From: an uncultured virus (IMG/VR IMGVR_UViG_3300032829_000001)
Lineage: Duplodnaviria; Heunggongvirae; Uroviricota; Caudoviricetes
Reading direction: 5' to 3' (one strand)
Length of the DNA: 26,478 nt
IMG/VR virus record: IMGVR_UViG_3300032829_000001
A model generated the notes under the pieces. That model was not told where the DNA came from and made no database searches. It worked only from the letters and a program-made list of their open reading frames with translations. The first letter of the stretch is position 1, and every line of letters starts with the position of its first letter. Position numbers and translations under genes: made by a program. Of this stretch, positions 1 to 8,452 are shown one piece after another.

Positions 1-144
1 GAGCAGGTGCCCGAGCCGATAGATGTTCGGGCTCCCGCGCTTCATCTCGCGCCGGCTCTCCCGCACGTCGTGCTGGGTGAGCTTCGACGTCAGGAGCGTC
101 TGAAAGTTGCAGACGGTCGGGGGGATGCCACGCTTGGCGGCCAA
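1..144 (-). CDS. Partial small basic protein (MAAKRGIPPTVCNFQTLLTSKLTQHDVRESRREMKRGSPNIYRLGHLL...), runs off the window
   Basis: TTG start directly after the upstream TGA, GGAGG 7 nt upstream, GC-rich third codon positions; translated manually. Confidence 0.6.
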   Translation of the reverse strand, partial: MAAKRGIPPTVCNFQTLLTSKLTQHDVRESRREMKRGSPNIYRLGHLL

Positions 145-348
145 TCAGCACCCTCCAATACGTCGCAGCCAGCGAATCTGCGCTGCCGCAGTGCTTCGCG
201 CGTCGCTCTTGAGCGTCGTGTGGTAGGTGCCGTTGAAGCGCTTCGCCGGCCCCTTCGTGGTCACGACGTACTCGTCCCACTCCCGATCCCGGTGAATCGA
301 GACCGAGCAGCGGCCGACGCGGATGTTCTTGATGCGACGGCGGGCCAT
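145..348 (-). CDS. Small basic hypothetical protein (67 aa)
   Basis: MARRR start, TGATG coupling to upstream gene. Confidence 0.75.
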   Translation of the reverse strand: MARRRIKNIRVGRCSVSIHRDREWDEYVVTTKGPAKRFNGTYHTTLKSDARSTAAAQIRWLRRIGGC

Positions 349-737
349 CAGCGCCTCTTCCGCTTGGCCTTGCGTTCGGCCTCAGCCCGCTCCGCTGCGA
401 TCTTCCCGCGGCTGAACAGTGGAACACGCTTCGTCGAGTCGTACGGTGCCGCGCACGTCCCGGCGAAGAACTCCAGCGTCTCATGTGCTGCCCGGGAGGC
501 GCGGTTAGCGAGCCCGAACGTCTCGTTGTTCTCCGCCCGCGCACTCCCGCTCTCGATGGAATCGAGGTGGCCCTTCGCGCGCTCGGCGCTCCCGAGTGCC
601 CGCGCTGCCATCGCGATCCCGCCGCGGCAGGTCGGTGGCATCCGTTCGAGATCGCCCCACGCCTCGTTGACGAGGTGCTGCGCCGCCGCAACGTGGGTGG
701 CGTCGGACGACCCGAGACCGAAACGTCTCCGCTTCAT
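348..737 (-). CDS. Arg/Lys-tailed hypothetical protein (MKRRRFGLGS...KAKRKRR)
   Basis: ATGA overlap at 734-737 with GGAGG upstream; start refined from ORF 348..788. Confidence 0.75.
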   Translation of the reverse strand: MKRRRFGLGSSDATHVAAAQHLVNEAWGDLERMPPTCRGGIAMAARALGSAERAKGHLDSIESGSARAENNETFGLANRASRAAHETLEFFAGTCAAPYDSTKRVPLFSRGKIAAERAEAERKAKRKRR

Positions 738-994
738 CGACGCCTCCGCCTCCTGCGCCGCGGGCCGTCCAGCGTGACATGGTCGCACTGGCGCAACACT
801 TGCGTGGCGAGCGTGCTCCCCTTCGTGGTGTAGCCGATCGCCTTGTGCGTTCTGGCACTGACGACGGCCATGAGCTTCCGGCGACCGCGAAGTGCCAGCT
901 TGCAGTAGCTACTCCCCTTGCCGGATACGTCGAAGGCGCTGATCAGCCGTTCCGGCACGCTGATCGAGCCGTTGGAGTAGCGATGCGTCGCCAT
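734..994 (-). CDS. Basic protein with poly-Arg C-terminus (…LDGPRRRRRRRR)
   Basis: TGATG overlap at 994; start refined from ORF 734..1015. Confidence 0.75.
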   Translation of the reverse strand: MATHRYSNGSISVPERLISAFDVSGKGSSYCKLALRGRRKLMAVVSARTHKAIGYTTKGSTLATQVLRQCDHVTLDGPRRRRRRRR

Positions 995-1203
995 CAGCGT
1001 CTCCTCACTTTGCACGTCTCACGATAGCGCCGGTGCAGCCGCCAGTACGTCAAGTCGCTGATGTCCATCGCCATCGCGCCGATGCTCTGCATCGCGTTCT
1101 TCGCCGCACGGCAGTCGCCCGCACGCATAGCAGAGCGGAACGTCCTGATCACGCGCGCAGCGAGTTGGCGGGCGTGCGGATTCGTCGTGGAGTAGGCCGG
1201 CAT
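994..1203 (-). CDS. Small basic protein (MPAYSTTN...TCKVRRR)
   Basis: C-terminal part of ORF 994..1917; TGATG overlap at 1203 with GGAGG upstream. Confidence 0.7.
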   Translation of the reverse strand: MPAYSTTNPHARQLAARVIRTFRSAMRAGDCRAAKNAMQSIGAMAMDISDLTYWRLHRRYRETCKVRRR

Positions 1204-1625
1204 CAGCGCCGCCTCCACGTCTTGTCGACGAGGACGATGTCGGTGATGCTGCCGCCCCGCGCTTTCTTCTTCGCCACGTGACCGGCTTCGGTGATGTCGA
1301 AGGCCATCACAGGGAACGCCAGCTTTCCTCCGTCGGCTCGACGCCCGCGGACTTGCCACATCTGTTGCACGCGGGCGACCGAACTGCCGAGCCCACGCCC
1401 GAACGGACCGCCGCCCGAGAAGTGGCGCAGCTCGCGAGTCGTCGTGATGAAGGCGGGCTCGTTCGGCCGCAGCTTCTTCACGCGGCGAAGGAACGCCTGC
1501 GCCTCGCTCTTCTTCCAGAAGCACATCCCGCCGGCCGAGATGTGCCCCGCGCGCTGCTGGTGCCAGGAGGGCGCCCCCTCCTGCACGCAATACTTGATCG
1601 AGATGCGGCGGCGCGGACGAGCCAT
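1203..1625 (-). CDS. Basic hypothetical protein with internal GRGLGS motif
   Basis: ORF track; start abuts upstream stop; MARPRRR start, RRR end. Confidence 0.75.
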   Translation of the reverse strand: MARPRRRISIKYCVQEGAPSWHQQRAGHISAGGMCFWKKSEAQAFLRRVKKLRPNEPAFITTTRELRHFSGGGPFGRGLGSSVARVQQMWQVRGRRADGGKLAFPVMAFDITEAGHVAKKKARGGSITDIVLVDKTWRRR

Positions 1626-1991
1626 CTACCGCCTCCGACGGCGCCGCCGGGCTCCGTCCAGGCCCTCGCCGCCCTTGCGGGCGCACGCCTTCGCGGCGTC
1701 CCGCGCCCCGACCAGCGTGCTGTGCGCCTGGAACTTCCCGACGTCGCCCACCTTGCAGCCGACGAGCTTGCGCACGGTGTACTTGCGCGGTGTCGTCTCG
1801 TCGAACTTCTCCGACGTCACGAAGCACGACGCCTTGCCGTCCTTGCTCGGGTAGACGGCTTCGAGCCGCGAGTTGAAGAACCGCATCGTGTCGGCGTCCC
1901 AGTAGTGGGAACCGCACGTGTTCGTCATGTGGTCCTTCAGGTCACGCTTCCCTGCGGCCGCGTAACCGAGGCCGCGTCCTCGCCGTGCCAT
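1626..1991 (-). CDS. Phage-type hypothetical protein (HYWDADTMRFFNSR...FVTSE...KYTVR) with Arg-rich termini
   Basis: Start refined to MARRGRGLGY; core motif resembles an uncharacterised phage family (recalled, not searched). Confidence 0.75.
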   Translation of the reverse strand: MARRGRGLGYAAAGKRDLKDHMTNTCGSHYWDADTMRFFNSRLEAVYPSKDGKASCFVTSEKFDETTPRKYTVRKLVGCKVGDVGKFQAHSTLVGARDAAKACARKGGEGLDGARRRRRRR

Positions 1992-2001
1992 CGGTGGCGA
2001 C

Positions 2002-2205
2002 CTACCTGATGCAGGCGTGGAAGGCCCGCATGCACTTGCCGGCCTTGGCGCGACCGCCGGGCCCGCGCATGCACGCACCGAGGTCGGTCTTGCAGTGCTT
2101 GGGCGCGTTCTTCATCCGCTGCGCCATCGCACCACCACGCCGCTTCTTGCGCTTGAGACGGCCAAAGACGAACTGACGAAGTCTCCGATTCGTGACTCGT
2201 GGCAT
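2002..2205 (-). CDS. Very basic small Cys-containing protein (67 aa)
   Basis: ORF track; ATG 7 nt downstream of a -10 element. Confidence 0.65.
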   Translation of the reverse strand: MPRVTNRRLRQFVFGRLKRKKRRGGAMAQRMKNAPKHCKTDLGACMRGPGGRAKAGKCMRAFHACIR

Positions 2206-2212
2206 GGAGACG

Positions 2213-2242
2213 AGCGTACGCGCGTGGGCGCGAGGCTGTCAA
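2213..2242 (-). promoter_or_regulatory. sigma70-like promoter, probably leaderless: TTGACA-18-TACGCT-7-ATG(2205)
   Basis: Consensus -35 and TANNNT -10 in intergenic DNA. Confidence 0.7.
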
Positions 2243-2248
2243 ATCAGC

Positions 2249-2470
2249 CTAGTTCGGCCTGGGATTGTCCATCGCGACGTTCACGGCATGAAGGAAGTCC
2301 CCTGGTTCGAGCGCTAGGTACCTGGCACAGGGCGGGAGGGCATGGAGCACCATCGCCTTCTCTTCCGACACCGAGCACTTGCCACCGCAGAACGGGCAGT
2401 CGAAGTCGACCGCATCGCGCACGTGGACCGCGCGGCCGCGGCGCCTCGGCTTGGGGCGCGGACGGCTCAC
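2249..2470 (-). CDS. Small putative Zn-binding protein (CPFC...H...C)
   Basis: GTGA overlap at 2467-2470; C-terminal part of ORF 2249..2626. Confidence 0.65.
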   Translation of the reverse strand: MSRPRPKPRRRGRAVHVRDAVDFDCPFCGGKCSVSEEKAMVLHALPPCARYLALEPGDFLHAVNVAMDNPRPN

Positions 2471-2694
2471 TTGAACGTCTCGGGATACGTCAGGCGCAAC
2501 ACCTCGCGCACGTAGTCGGCGAGCTGCCGTGGCGCGACGTTGTAGTGCTGCACGAGCGTGGACAGCGCCGCCCCGAGCATCACGCGCATCGGTGCGGCCA
2601 GCTCTCCGCCGACGCGCGGCGACCACTCGCGCTCGAAGGCGATCGCCGGTTCGAACAGCTCTCGGATCGCGTCCGGTACTTCGGGCGCGCTCAC
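2467..2694 (-). CDS. Hypothetical helical protein (75 aa)
   Basis: GTG overlapping the TAG of the upstream gene; C-terminal part of ORF 2467..2928. Confidence 0.65.
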   Translation of the reverse strand: MSAPEVPDAIRELFEPAIAFEREWSPRVGGELAAPMRVMLGAALSTLVQHYNVAPRQLADYVREVLRLTYPETFK

Positions 2695-3236
2695 TAGCCG
2701 AGCACGCGGTACGAGAGATCGTTCAGTCGATTCGCCGCGCCACGAAGGGCACGCGAGGCCGCGTCGCGGACAGCCTCCGCGGTCGTCGTGACGATCGAGC
2801 CGTTGAGGCCCGGCGCCGTCTCGTGCAGGACACGTGCGGCGCGCTGTCGCGCCAATGCGTCGAGACGCAAGTCGCGGGGCAGAAAAAACCGTCGCCACCT
2901 TTCGAGGCGCAAGCCGCGGGACCGCCACCCCGGCTTCAGCTCGGCTGCGGCTTCGATGAGGTACTCGACCTGCGCCCCATTGAGCCCCGCCTCCGGGTCG
3001 GCGAGCACGCGCTGGATGTGCGCGTACGTCCCCTCGGACTTGGCGGCGATCATGGCGCGCAGCAGGCTCATATCATCGGCAATGAGCGCAGACACGATCT
3101 GCTCGTTGGCGGCCAGCTCGCGGTCAAGAGCGTCGACGCGAACGGCCTGCGCAGCCGCCGCCAGTGGGTCCGTCACGTCATCTTCATGCGTGTCCGTCCC
3201 GCCCAGTTCATTGTCGAACGTGGCGCCGAAGCTCAC
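2694..3236 (-). CDS. Hypothetical protein (180 aa)
   Basis: ORF track; GTGA overlap with upstream gene. Confidence 0.75.
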   Translation of the reverse strand: MSFGATFDNELGGTDTHEDDVTDPLAAAAQAVRVDALDRELAANEQIVSALIADDMSLLRAMIAAKSEGTYAHIQRVLADPEAGLNGAQVEYLIEAAAELKPGWRSRGLRLERWRRFFLPRDLRLDALARQRAARVLHETAPGLNGSIVTTTAEAVRDAASRALRGAANRLNDLSYRVLG

Positions 3237-5566
3237 TGTCCGGCCTCCTCGCCCTCGTCTTCCTCGTCTTCGCCCTCTTCACCGCCCGAGCCGCCCTCCT
3301 CGGCGTCGATCGTCACCGCTAGCACCTCGGCGACCGCATGGCGGTAGGTCTCCGGCGACGCCGGCAGCAGTCGCTCGACCAGCACCTCGTAGTGCTCGGC
3401 CATGAGCAGCTCGAAGGCCGGCGGGATGCGTCCGCCGAACGCAGCCAGGTACTGGCGCGAGCTGAGGATCGCCTCCGCCGCCTTCTCGGCCGGCAGCCCC
3501 TTGGCGACGTGCTCGCGCAGGTCGGCGATGGACGGCAGCAGGAGCCCGAACAGCATCTCGTCCGAGAGCGGGTTGACGACGACCCGGATCTGCTCCGGCT
3601 CCATCGCACGCAGCTCCTTGATCGTGTAGCCCTCGCCGTTGGCCGGCGGCGCAGGAGCCGCTGGCCCAGCCGGGACCTCTGGCGCTGCCGGAGCGGCCGC
3701 GGCGGCCTTGCGCGAGCGCGGCTTCTTCCCGCTGCCGTTCACGTGAGGGGCGACGGCTGCTGGTGCGGCACGGCCCGCTGGCAGCGCAGGCGCGCCCGGC
3801 TCGTACGGCGGCATGGCGAGCACGTCGGTCCAGCCCTTCGCTTGCACGACGGATTCGGCCACCTCGCGGCCGTCCGCGAGAATGAACACCTCGCGCTTCT
3901 TGTCGTACGCCGTCCCCTCGGGACGCCCGCCCGTGTGCTGCGCGCGGCCGGGGAGCCCCGGTGTTGGGGAGGGTGGGGGAGGCGTCGGCGCGACGACCGG
4001 CGCCGGGCCAGCGGGGACCGAGCGGAGCTGCGGCGGTCCAGCCGGAGGCGGCGGCGTCACGATGGTCGCGGCCTGGCGGCGGGTGACCGCGGCACGCAGT
4101 CGCGCGTTCTCCTGCTCCAACGCCTGCTGTTGTGCATTCCGCTCGGCCATCGCCGTGCCGATCATCCCGACCTTGTTCAGGCCCTCCTGGATGGCTCCCG
4201 CGTACCACGGCTGGTTGCCCGAGCCGGCCATGTCGATCATCTGCGTGAACACGTCCTTCTGGGTGGACATCAGCCCGCGCATCGTCTCCATGACCGTCTT
4301 CGACGACTCGTTGGCGCCATCGCGCGCGGTTCGGATCATCTCGAAGACCTGAAGGGGCGTGATCGCGTTTCGCTCCGCCACGGCCGCTGTCGCTGCGGCG
4401 GCGTCCTTCATCGTCTGGATGTTCTGTGCCGAACTCATCGACTGCGCGGTGAGGATCTCCTTGAACGCGGTCAGCACGGGATCGGTCTTGTTGGCGGTGG
4501 CTGCCTCCTTGAGGCCGCGCTCGAACCGCTCGCTCACCTCGCGCAGCTCGATACGGTGTTGCTCGTCGCGGAGCCGCTGCTCCTCCTTGCGCTGCGCCTC
4601 GCGCTCGTTCTCCTCGCGGCGACGGCGCTCCTCCGCCAGCTCGCGCTCCATGCGCTGCTCGTACTCGGACGGCCCGGCCGGCTTGGCGGTGATCTTCTCG
4701 AAGAGCAGCAGCATCTCCTTGCGGCTCTCCTCCTCCTTGCGCGCGCGCTCTTCGTCGCGGCGGCGCTCTTCGGCGCGGCGCTCTTCCTCGCGGCGCTCGC
4801 GCTCATCGGCCCGGCGGCGCTCCTCAGCCAGGCGCGCCTCTTCACGGCGCTCCCGCTCCTCGTCGCGACGGCGCTGCTCGGCCCGCAGCTCGTCCAGCTC
4901 GCGACGGCGCTGCTCTTCGGCGAGCCGCGCCTTCAGCTCCTCGACCTCGGACGAGCCGCCGCCGGTCACGGGGTAGCCACCCCAGCCCGTCGTGGCGCCT
5001 GGCCAGTTCCATGGCGTCGCGTTCGGCGGCACGGCTGCCAGATGCGTGGCCGTTGCGCCCACGTTCGCGGGCGGGCGCGGCAGCGGGTCGCCCTGCCGCC
5101 AGGACACGGTCTCGCGCCACGGCGTGGTGAGGAACCCCATCGCCTCGTTGTAGAACCACCCGGGGAGGATCTGCACGACCGAGGTATCGAGCGGTGCGAC
5201 CGGCAGAGGTGCCGCGGTCATGTGTGGGAGGCCGGGAAGTCCATTCGGGGGTGCCATCGGGAAGACTCCTTCTGGAACGGTGGGGTCGGCGCCGAGCTTG
5301 ACCATCCACTGGTCCTCGCCCGATCCGCCCGCGTCCACAACCGTGAAGTGATAGAAACCTGGCCCGTGCATCGCGGGCAGCGTCGTCTGGAGCGCGAGGA
5401 GCTGCTCCTTTGACATGGTCTGCGTCGCCAGGACGGACACGCCAGGAGTGTTGCGCGCCCCCTGGTGCTTGGTCACGGTGACGTGCATGCCCGTCTCGAA
5501 CGAGTTGATCTTGCTCATGTCGGGCTGGGACTTGAGCAGCGGCTGAACGGGAGAAGCAGCGGCCAT
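3233..5566 (-). CDS. 777-aa protein with E/R-rich charged helix or coiled coil, Pro-rich linkers and acidic tail
   Basis: Long ORF with strong codon bias; EEERRAEERRRDEERARKEEE-type repeats. Confidence 0.9.
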   Translation of the reverse strand: MAAASPVQPLLKSQPDMSKINSFETGMHVTVTKHQGARNTPGVSVLATQTMSKEQLLALQTTLPAMHGPGFYHFTVVDAGGSGEDQWMVKLGADPTVPEGVFPMAPPNGLPGLPHMTAAPLPVAPLDTSVVQILPGWFYNEAMGFLTTPWRETVSWRQGDPLPRPPANVGATATHLAAVPPNATPWNWPGATTGWGGYPVTGGGSSEVEELKARLAEEQRRRELDELRAEQRRRDEERERREEARLAEERRRADERERREEERRAEERRRDEERARKEEESRKEMLLLFEKITAKPAGPSEYEQRMERELAEERRRREENEREAQRKEEQRLRDEQHRIELREVSERFERGLKEAATANKTDPVLTAFKEILTAQSMSSAQNIQTMKDAAAATAAVAERNAITPLQVFEMIRTARDGANESSKTVMETMRGLMSTQKDVFTQMIDMAGSGNQPWYAGAIQEGLNKVGMIGTAMAERNAQQQALEQENARLRAAVTRRQAATIVTPPPPAGPPQLRSVPAGPAPVVAPTPPPPSPTPGLPGRAQHTGGRPEGTAYDKKREVFILADGREVAESVVQAKGWTDVLAMPPYEPGAPALPAGRAAPAAVAPHVNGSGKKPRSRKAAAAAPAAPEVPAGPAAPAPPANGEGYTIKELRAMEPEQIRVVVNPLSDEMLFGLLLPSIADLREHVAKGLPAEKAAEAILSSRQYLAAFGGRIPPAFELLMAEHYEVLVERLLPASPETYRHAVAEVLAVTIDAEEGGSGGEEGEDEEDEGEEAGQ

Positions 5567-5574
5567 GGCCCGGG

Positions 5575-5621
5575 ATCATGCGCGCGAGGATGGGCTTCTA
5601 TCAAGGAAATTCTGTTAGAGT
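5575..5621. promoter_or_regulatory. Divergent promoters. Minus: TTGATA-18-CATGAT-8-ATG(5566). Plus: extended -10 TG-T-TAGAGT-6-ATG(5628).
   Basis: AT-richer 61-bp divergent gap with no SD before either start codon. Confidence 0.55.
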
Positions 5622-5627
5622 GCTGGC

Positions 5628-6059
5628 ATGGCGTGTCCAGACTGTCACCACGCAGACCACCACCCAGGTCCGTGCCCCGCCTGCACTGCTGCTGGCCACG
5701 GCACCTGCTGGCAGTCTGCGGGCGCTCGCATCATCGGCGGTGACGGCGTTCGAACGGCCGCGAGCCAGATCGATCTCGCGACCGGCCAGGAGAAGGACCC
5801 GTGCATGCTCTGTCGGTCCTTCGAGAAGAGCGACCGGCGCCTCATCGAATACTTCCAGTCGCGCGGGCTCACGCCGATGCCCGATGGCAGCTACGAGACG
5901 CCGATCGCGAAGGACTTCCCCGGCCGCAAGTCGCTGCGCATCCACCCGCAGAACTTCGGGTTCTGCCGCCGCTTCAGCCACCCCGTCGACATCCTGGCCA
6001 CCTGCCCGGACTTCACGCAGGTTCGCACGGCGAGCGAGATGGAGTCGCGGATCAAGTGA
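5628..6059 (+). CDS. Cys/His-rich putative metal-binding protein (143 aa)
   Basis: CPDCHHADHHPGPCPAC, CMLC and further Cys; good codon usage. Confidence 0.8.
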   Translation: MACPDCHHADHHPGPCPACTAAGHGTCWQSAGARIIGGDGVRTAASQIDLATGQEKDPCMLCRSFEKSDRRLIEYFQSRGLTPMPDGSYETPIAKDFPGRKSLRIHPQNFGFCRRFSHPVDILATCPDFTQVRTASEMESRIK

Positions 6060-6226
6060 ACGAGTTGGACGCTGCCCGCGCACGCTACCGCGCCATCATG
6101 GCCCGGCTGTGGAAGTGCTCGGGATGCCAACTTGTGCAGACGTTCAGAAAGATCTACGACAACAGCATGCGCTGCACCGGCTGTGAGAAGCTCGCGATCG
6201 AGGACGGCTGCGAGCCCGTCGAATGA
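6056..6226 (+). CDS. Small Zn-ribbon protein (CSGC...CTGC)
   Basis: GTGA overlap upstream and ATGA overlap downstream. Confidence 0.7.
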   Translation: MNELDAARARYRAIMARLWKCSGCQLVQTFRKIYDNSMRCTGCEKLAIEDGCEPVE

Positions 6227-6702
6227 CCCTCAACATCCACACGCTGATCTTCTTTGGGCTGCTCACCTCCGGCCTCCACTGGCTGGTCGCGCGCAGCTTG
6301 ATCGCGAAGCCACTGTGGTCCCGCGCCACGGGGTTGCTCGACGAGCTGCTCCGCTGTGCCGGCTGCTCGGGCTGGTGGCTCGCGCTCGGGCTCTGGATCT
6401 GCGGCGTTCGTCCCATCGAGCCGGGCATCCGCGGCTTCTTGCTGACGGGCGTGCTCGGCGCCGTGCTCACGCCGATCGTCGAGAGCGTGATGCTATGGGG
6501 GCTCGAACGGTCGGCCGTCGAAGAGCCGGCGCCGGCCGCGCCCGAGCCGGCAGTCACGAGCCCTGGCCTCGATCCCATGGACGCGCTCGACGCCATCATG
6601 GACAAGCTCTGCGCCGAGCGGCCAGACCTGTCACCGAACGAGATCGAGCGCATCGGCGGCACGATCAAGCGAGCGCTCAAATTGGAGGAGTCACGTGTTT
6701 GA
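6223..6702 (+). CDS. Membrane protein, DUF1360-like
   Basis: Hydrophobic segments; ELLRCAGCSGWW resembles the ELLxCxxCxGxW motif of DUF1360. Confidence 0.65.
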   Translation: MTLNIHTLIFFGLLTSGLHWLVARSLIAKPLWSRATGLLDELLRCAGCSGWWLALGLWICGVRPIEPGIRGFLLTGVLGAVLTPIVESVMLWGLERSAVEEPAPAAPEPAVTSPGLDPMDALDAIMDKLCAERPDLSPNEIERIGGTIKRALKLEESRV

Positions 6703-6970
6703 GTTTTTCGACCAGATGAAGCAACTGGTGATGGCGCAGATCGCGTCGTCGCGTCTCAACGCACAGGAGTACAGCCGCGCGGAATCGCAACAGCACGCCG
6801 ACTACCAGACGTCGCACGAGGACCACGTGGCGCGCATGAAGCTCGACAAGGAGCTGGCTGACCTCGCGCACGAGGACAACGAAGCGGCGAACGCCGTCTA
6901 CGATCGGCTCGCAACCAGCATCGATCGCCTCGCGGCCGCGCTAGAAGTGACCAACACTCGCACGCAGTAA
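6695..6970 (+). CDS. Helical hypothetical protein (91 aa)
   Basis: GGAGGAG SD before GTG; converges on the array. Confidence 0.75.
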   Translation: MFEFFDQMKQLVMAQIASSRLNAQEYSRAESQQHADYQTSHEDHVARMKLDKELADLAHEDNEAANAVYDRLATSIDRLAAALEVTNTRTQ

Positions 6971-6981
6971 AGGGGGGCGCT

Positions 6982-7287
6982 TCACGGCGCCGACTTCGCC
7001 AGCAGGTACGCGGCAGTGAGCGCGCCCTGGTCGTCACGATTCCAGCCGCGGGCCCAGGTGATTCCTTCGTCGGCGAGCTGGAAGGCACGACTCTCTTTGA
7101 AGTCACCCTTGCCGTACTGCTCGTCGAGATAGGCGACGAACGTGGTGGGTCGACGCTCGAACACGAACGCGTTCATGGCGCGGGCGGCGCCGTTACGGCG
7201 CGTGACCATCACCGTGACCCGCGTTCCGACGCTGAGCTGCTGGGGCAACCCGAACTGCGTGACGGTCGAGCCGGGCAGGCGCTTCAC
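6982..7287 (-). CDS. Array copy 1 (DEGITWARG...LLAKSAP)
   Basis: GTGA overlap at 7284-7287, GGAG upstream; motif. Confidence 0.8.
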   Translation of the reverse strand: MKRLPGSTVTQFGLPQQLSVGTRVTVMVTRRNGAARAMNAFVFERRPTTFVAYLDEQYGKGDFKESRAFQLADEGITWARGWNRDDQGALTAAYLLAKSAP

Positions 7288-7691
7288 TGTACCGACTCCA
7301 CGAGCAGACACTGTGCGCGGAACGCGTCGGCGCGCTCGCCGGTCCACCCCCAGACCCAGGTGACGCCGTAGTCGCACGCGTGAACGTGGGTTATCTCGCG
7401 CTCGGTGACCTGCCCCGCCCCGAGGGGCGCTGACCGAACGAGTTCGATATGCACCCAGATCGAATCGCCGATCTCACGCGCGCACTCGGCCCCGCGCACG
7501 CTAACGCGCCCGCGTATAAGCTGCAGTTGGTGCTCGCTTATCTTCAGATGCTTGCAAGTCGCGCCGCACGTGCAGGTGAAGACGAGCACCTTGCGACCGG
7601 GCCAGACGATCGATCCGAACACCCAGGTCCAAAGCGCGTTTCGCACGGTGGTGCCTAGCGCCCGAAGAACCCGCCATAGAGTCGCCCTCAT
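7284..7691 (-). CDS. Array copy 2 (DYGVTWVWG...LLVESVQ)
   Basis: ATGA overlap; variant motif; CTC..C insert. Confidence 0.8.
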   Translation of the reverse strand: MRATLWRVLRALGTTVRNALWTWVFGSIVWPGRKVLVFTCTCGATCKHLKISEHQLQLIRGRVSVRGAECAREIGDSIWVHIELVRSAPLGAGQVTEREITHVHACDYGVTWVWGWTGERADAFRAQCLLVESVQ

Positions 7692-7918
7692 CTCGCTGAC
7701 CCTCGCAGCAGCGCGATGGCCTCCAGCACGCGCGTCTCTGCGTTTTCACGGCCACGCGCCCACGTGGTGCCCTCGTCCTGCACTCGACACGTGAGTATCC
7801 CGTCGACGTGAAACACGGGGTGGCGCGCGCTCTTATTCTTGCCGGTCACGCGGCCGACGAATAGCTGGTCATCGACGAGCACAGTCACCACGCCGCGCAT
7901 CTTCGGCCAGCGCTTCAT
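7688..7918 (-). CDS. Array copy 3 (DEGTTWARG...LLRGSAR)
   Basis: ATGA overlap at 7915-7918; motif. Confidence 0.8.
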   Translation of the reverse strand: MKRWPKMRGVVTVLVDDQLFVGRVTGKNKSARHPVFHVDGILTCRVQDEGTTWARGRENAETRVLEAIALLRGSAR

Positions 7919-8160
7919 TGCGCCGAGTCCGTGAGCAGCCACTGTGCCCGGAACGCTGCCACGTCCTCTCCGTCCCAGCCGCGCACCCAAGTCACACGCT
8001 CGTCGCGGCGGCGCAGAGCCACTCCCACGGGTGCGGGCTCCACCGGCTCCCATCCGATCCATCCCCGTGCCGCCCATCGCGCTCGCGCCCTGACCACACG
8101 ACGGTGCTGTTCCGCGTAGACCGCGATGCGCTGGTTGCGCTCCAGCAGCTTACCGACCAT
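7915..8160 (-). CDS. Array copy 4 (DERVTWVRG...LLTDSAQ)
   Basis: GGAG-5-ATG at 8160; motif. Confidence 0.8.
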   Translation of the reverse strand: MVGKLLERNQRIAVYAEQHRRVVRARARWAARGWIGWEPVEPAPVGVALRRRDERVTWVRGWDGEDVAAFRAQWLLTDSAQ

Positions 8161-8452
8161 GGCCGCTCCGCCAGAGCTTGTACGCGGCCAGCAGCGCAGG
8201 CTCCGATGATTCGTCCCAACCACGCACCCAGCGAACGCCTTCGTCGGCCAGAAGCAGCTCGCCATAGTCGATAGGTACGACGCCCCCACCGTTGTTCGCG
8301 CGGCCGGAGCCGATCATGCGGTTCGCGATCACGCACGCCCGGAACAGCTCGTCGGTGTCATCGAAGACAAGAGTGGTAGAGACGAAGGTTTCGGACGTCA
8401 CCGGCTGCCGGACCGTGACCACCCCCATCACCTTCGTGCCGTCAGGCAGCAC
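8150..8452 (-). CDS. Array copy 5 (DEGVRWVRG...KLWRSGHGR)
   Basis: GAGGT SD within upstream gene tail; motif. Confidence 0.8.
   Translation of the reverse strand: MLPDGTKVMGVVTVRQPVTSETFVSTTLVFDDTDELFRACVIANRMIGSGRANNGGGVVPIDYGELLLADEGVRWVRGWDESSEPALLAAYKLWRSGHGR

Noticed and set aside
4540..4950. Short DNA repeats (CGGCGCTC and similar) as a regulatory or tandem repeat element
   Set aside because: Explained by Glu/Arg codon repetition in the charged helix.
3338..5413. 691-aa plus-strand ORF
   Set aside because: Antisense shadow of the 777-aa gene in high-GC DNA; the sequence is not protein-like.
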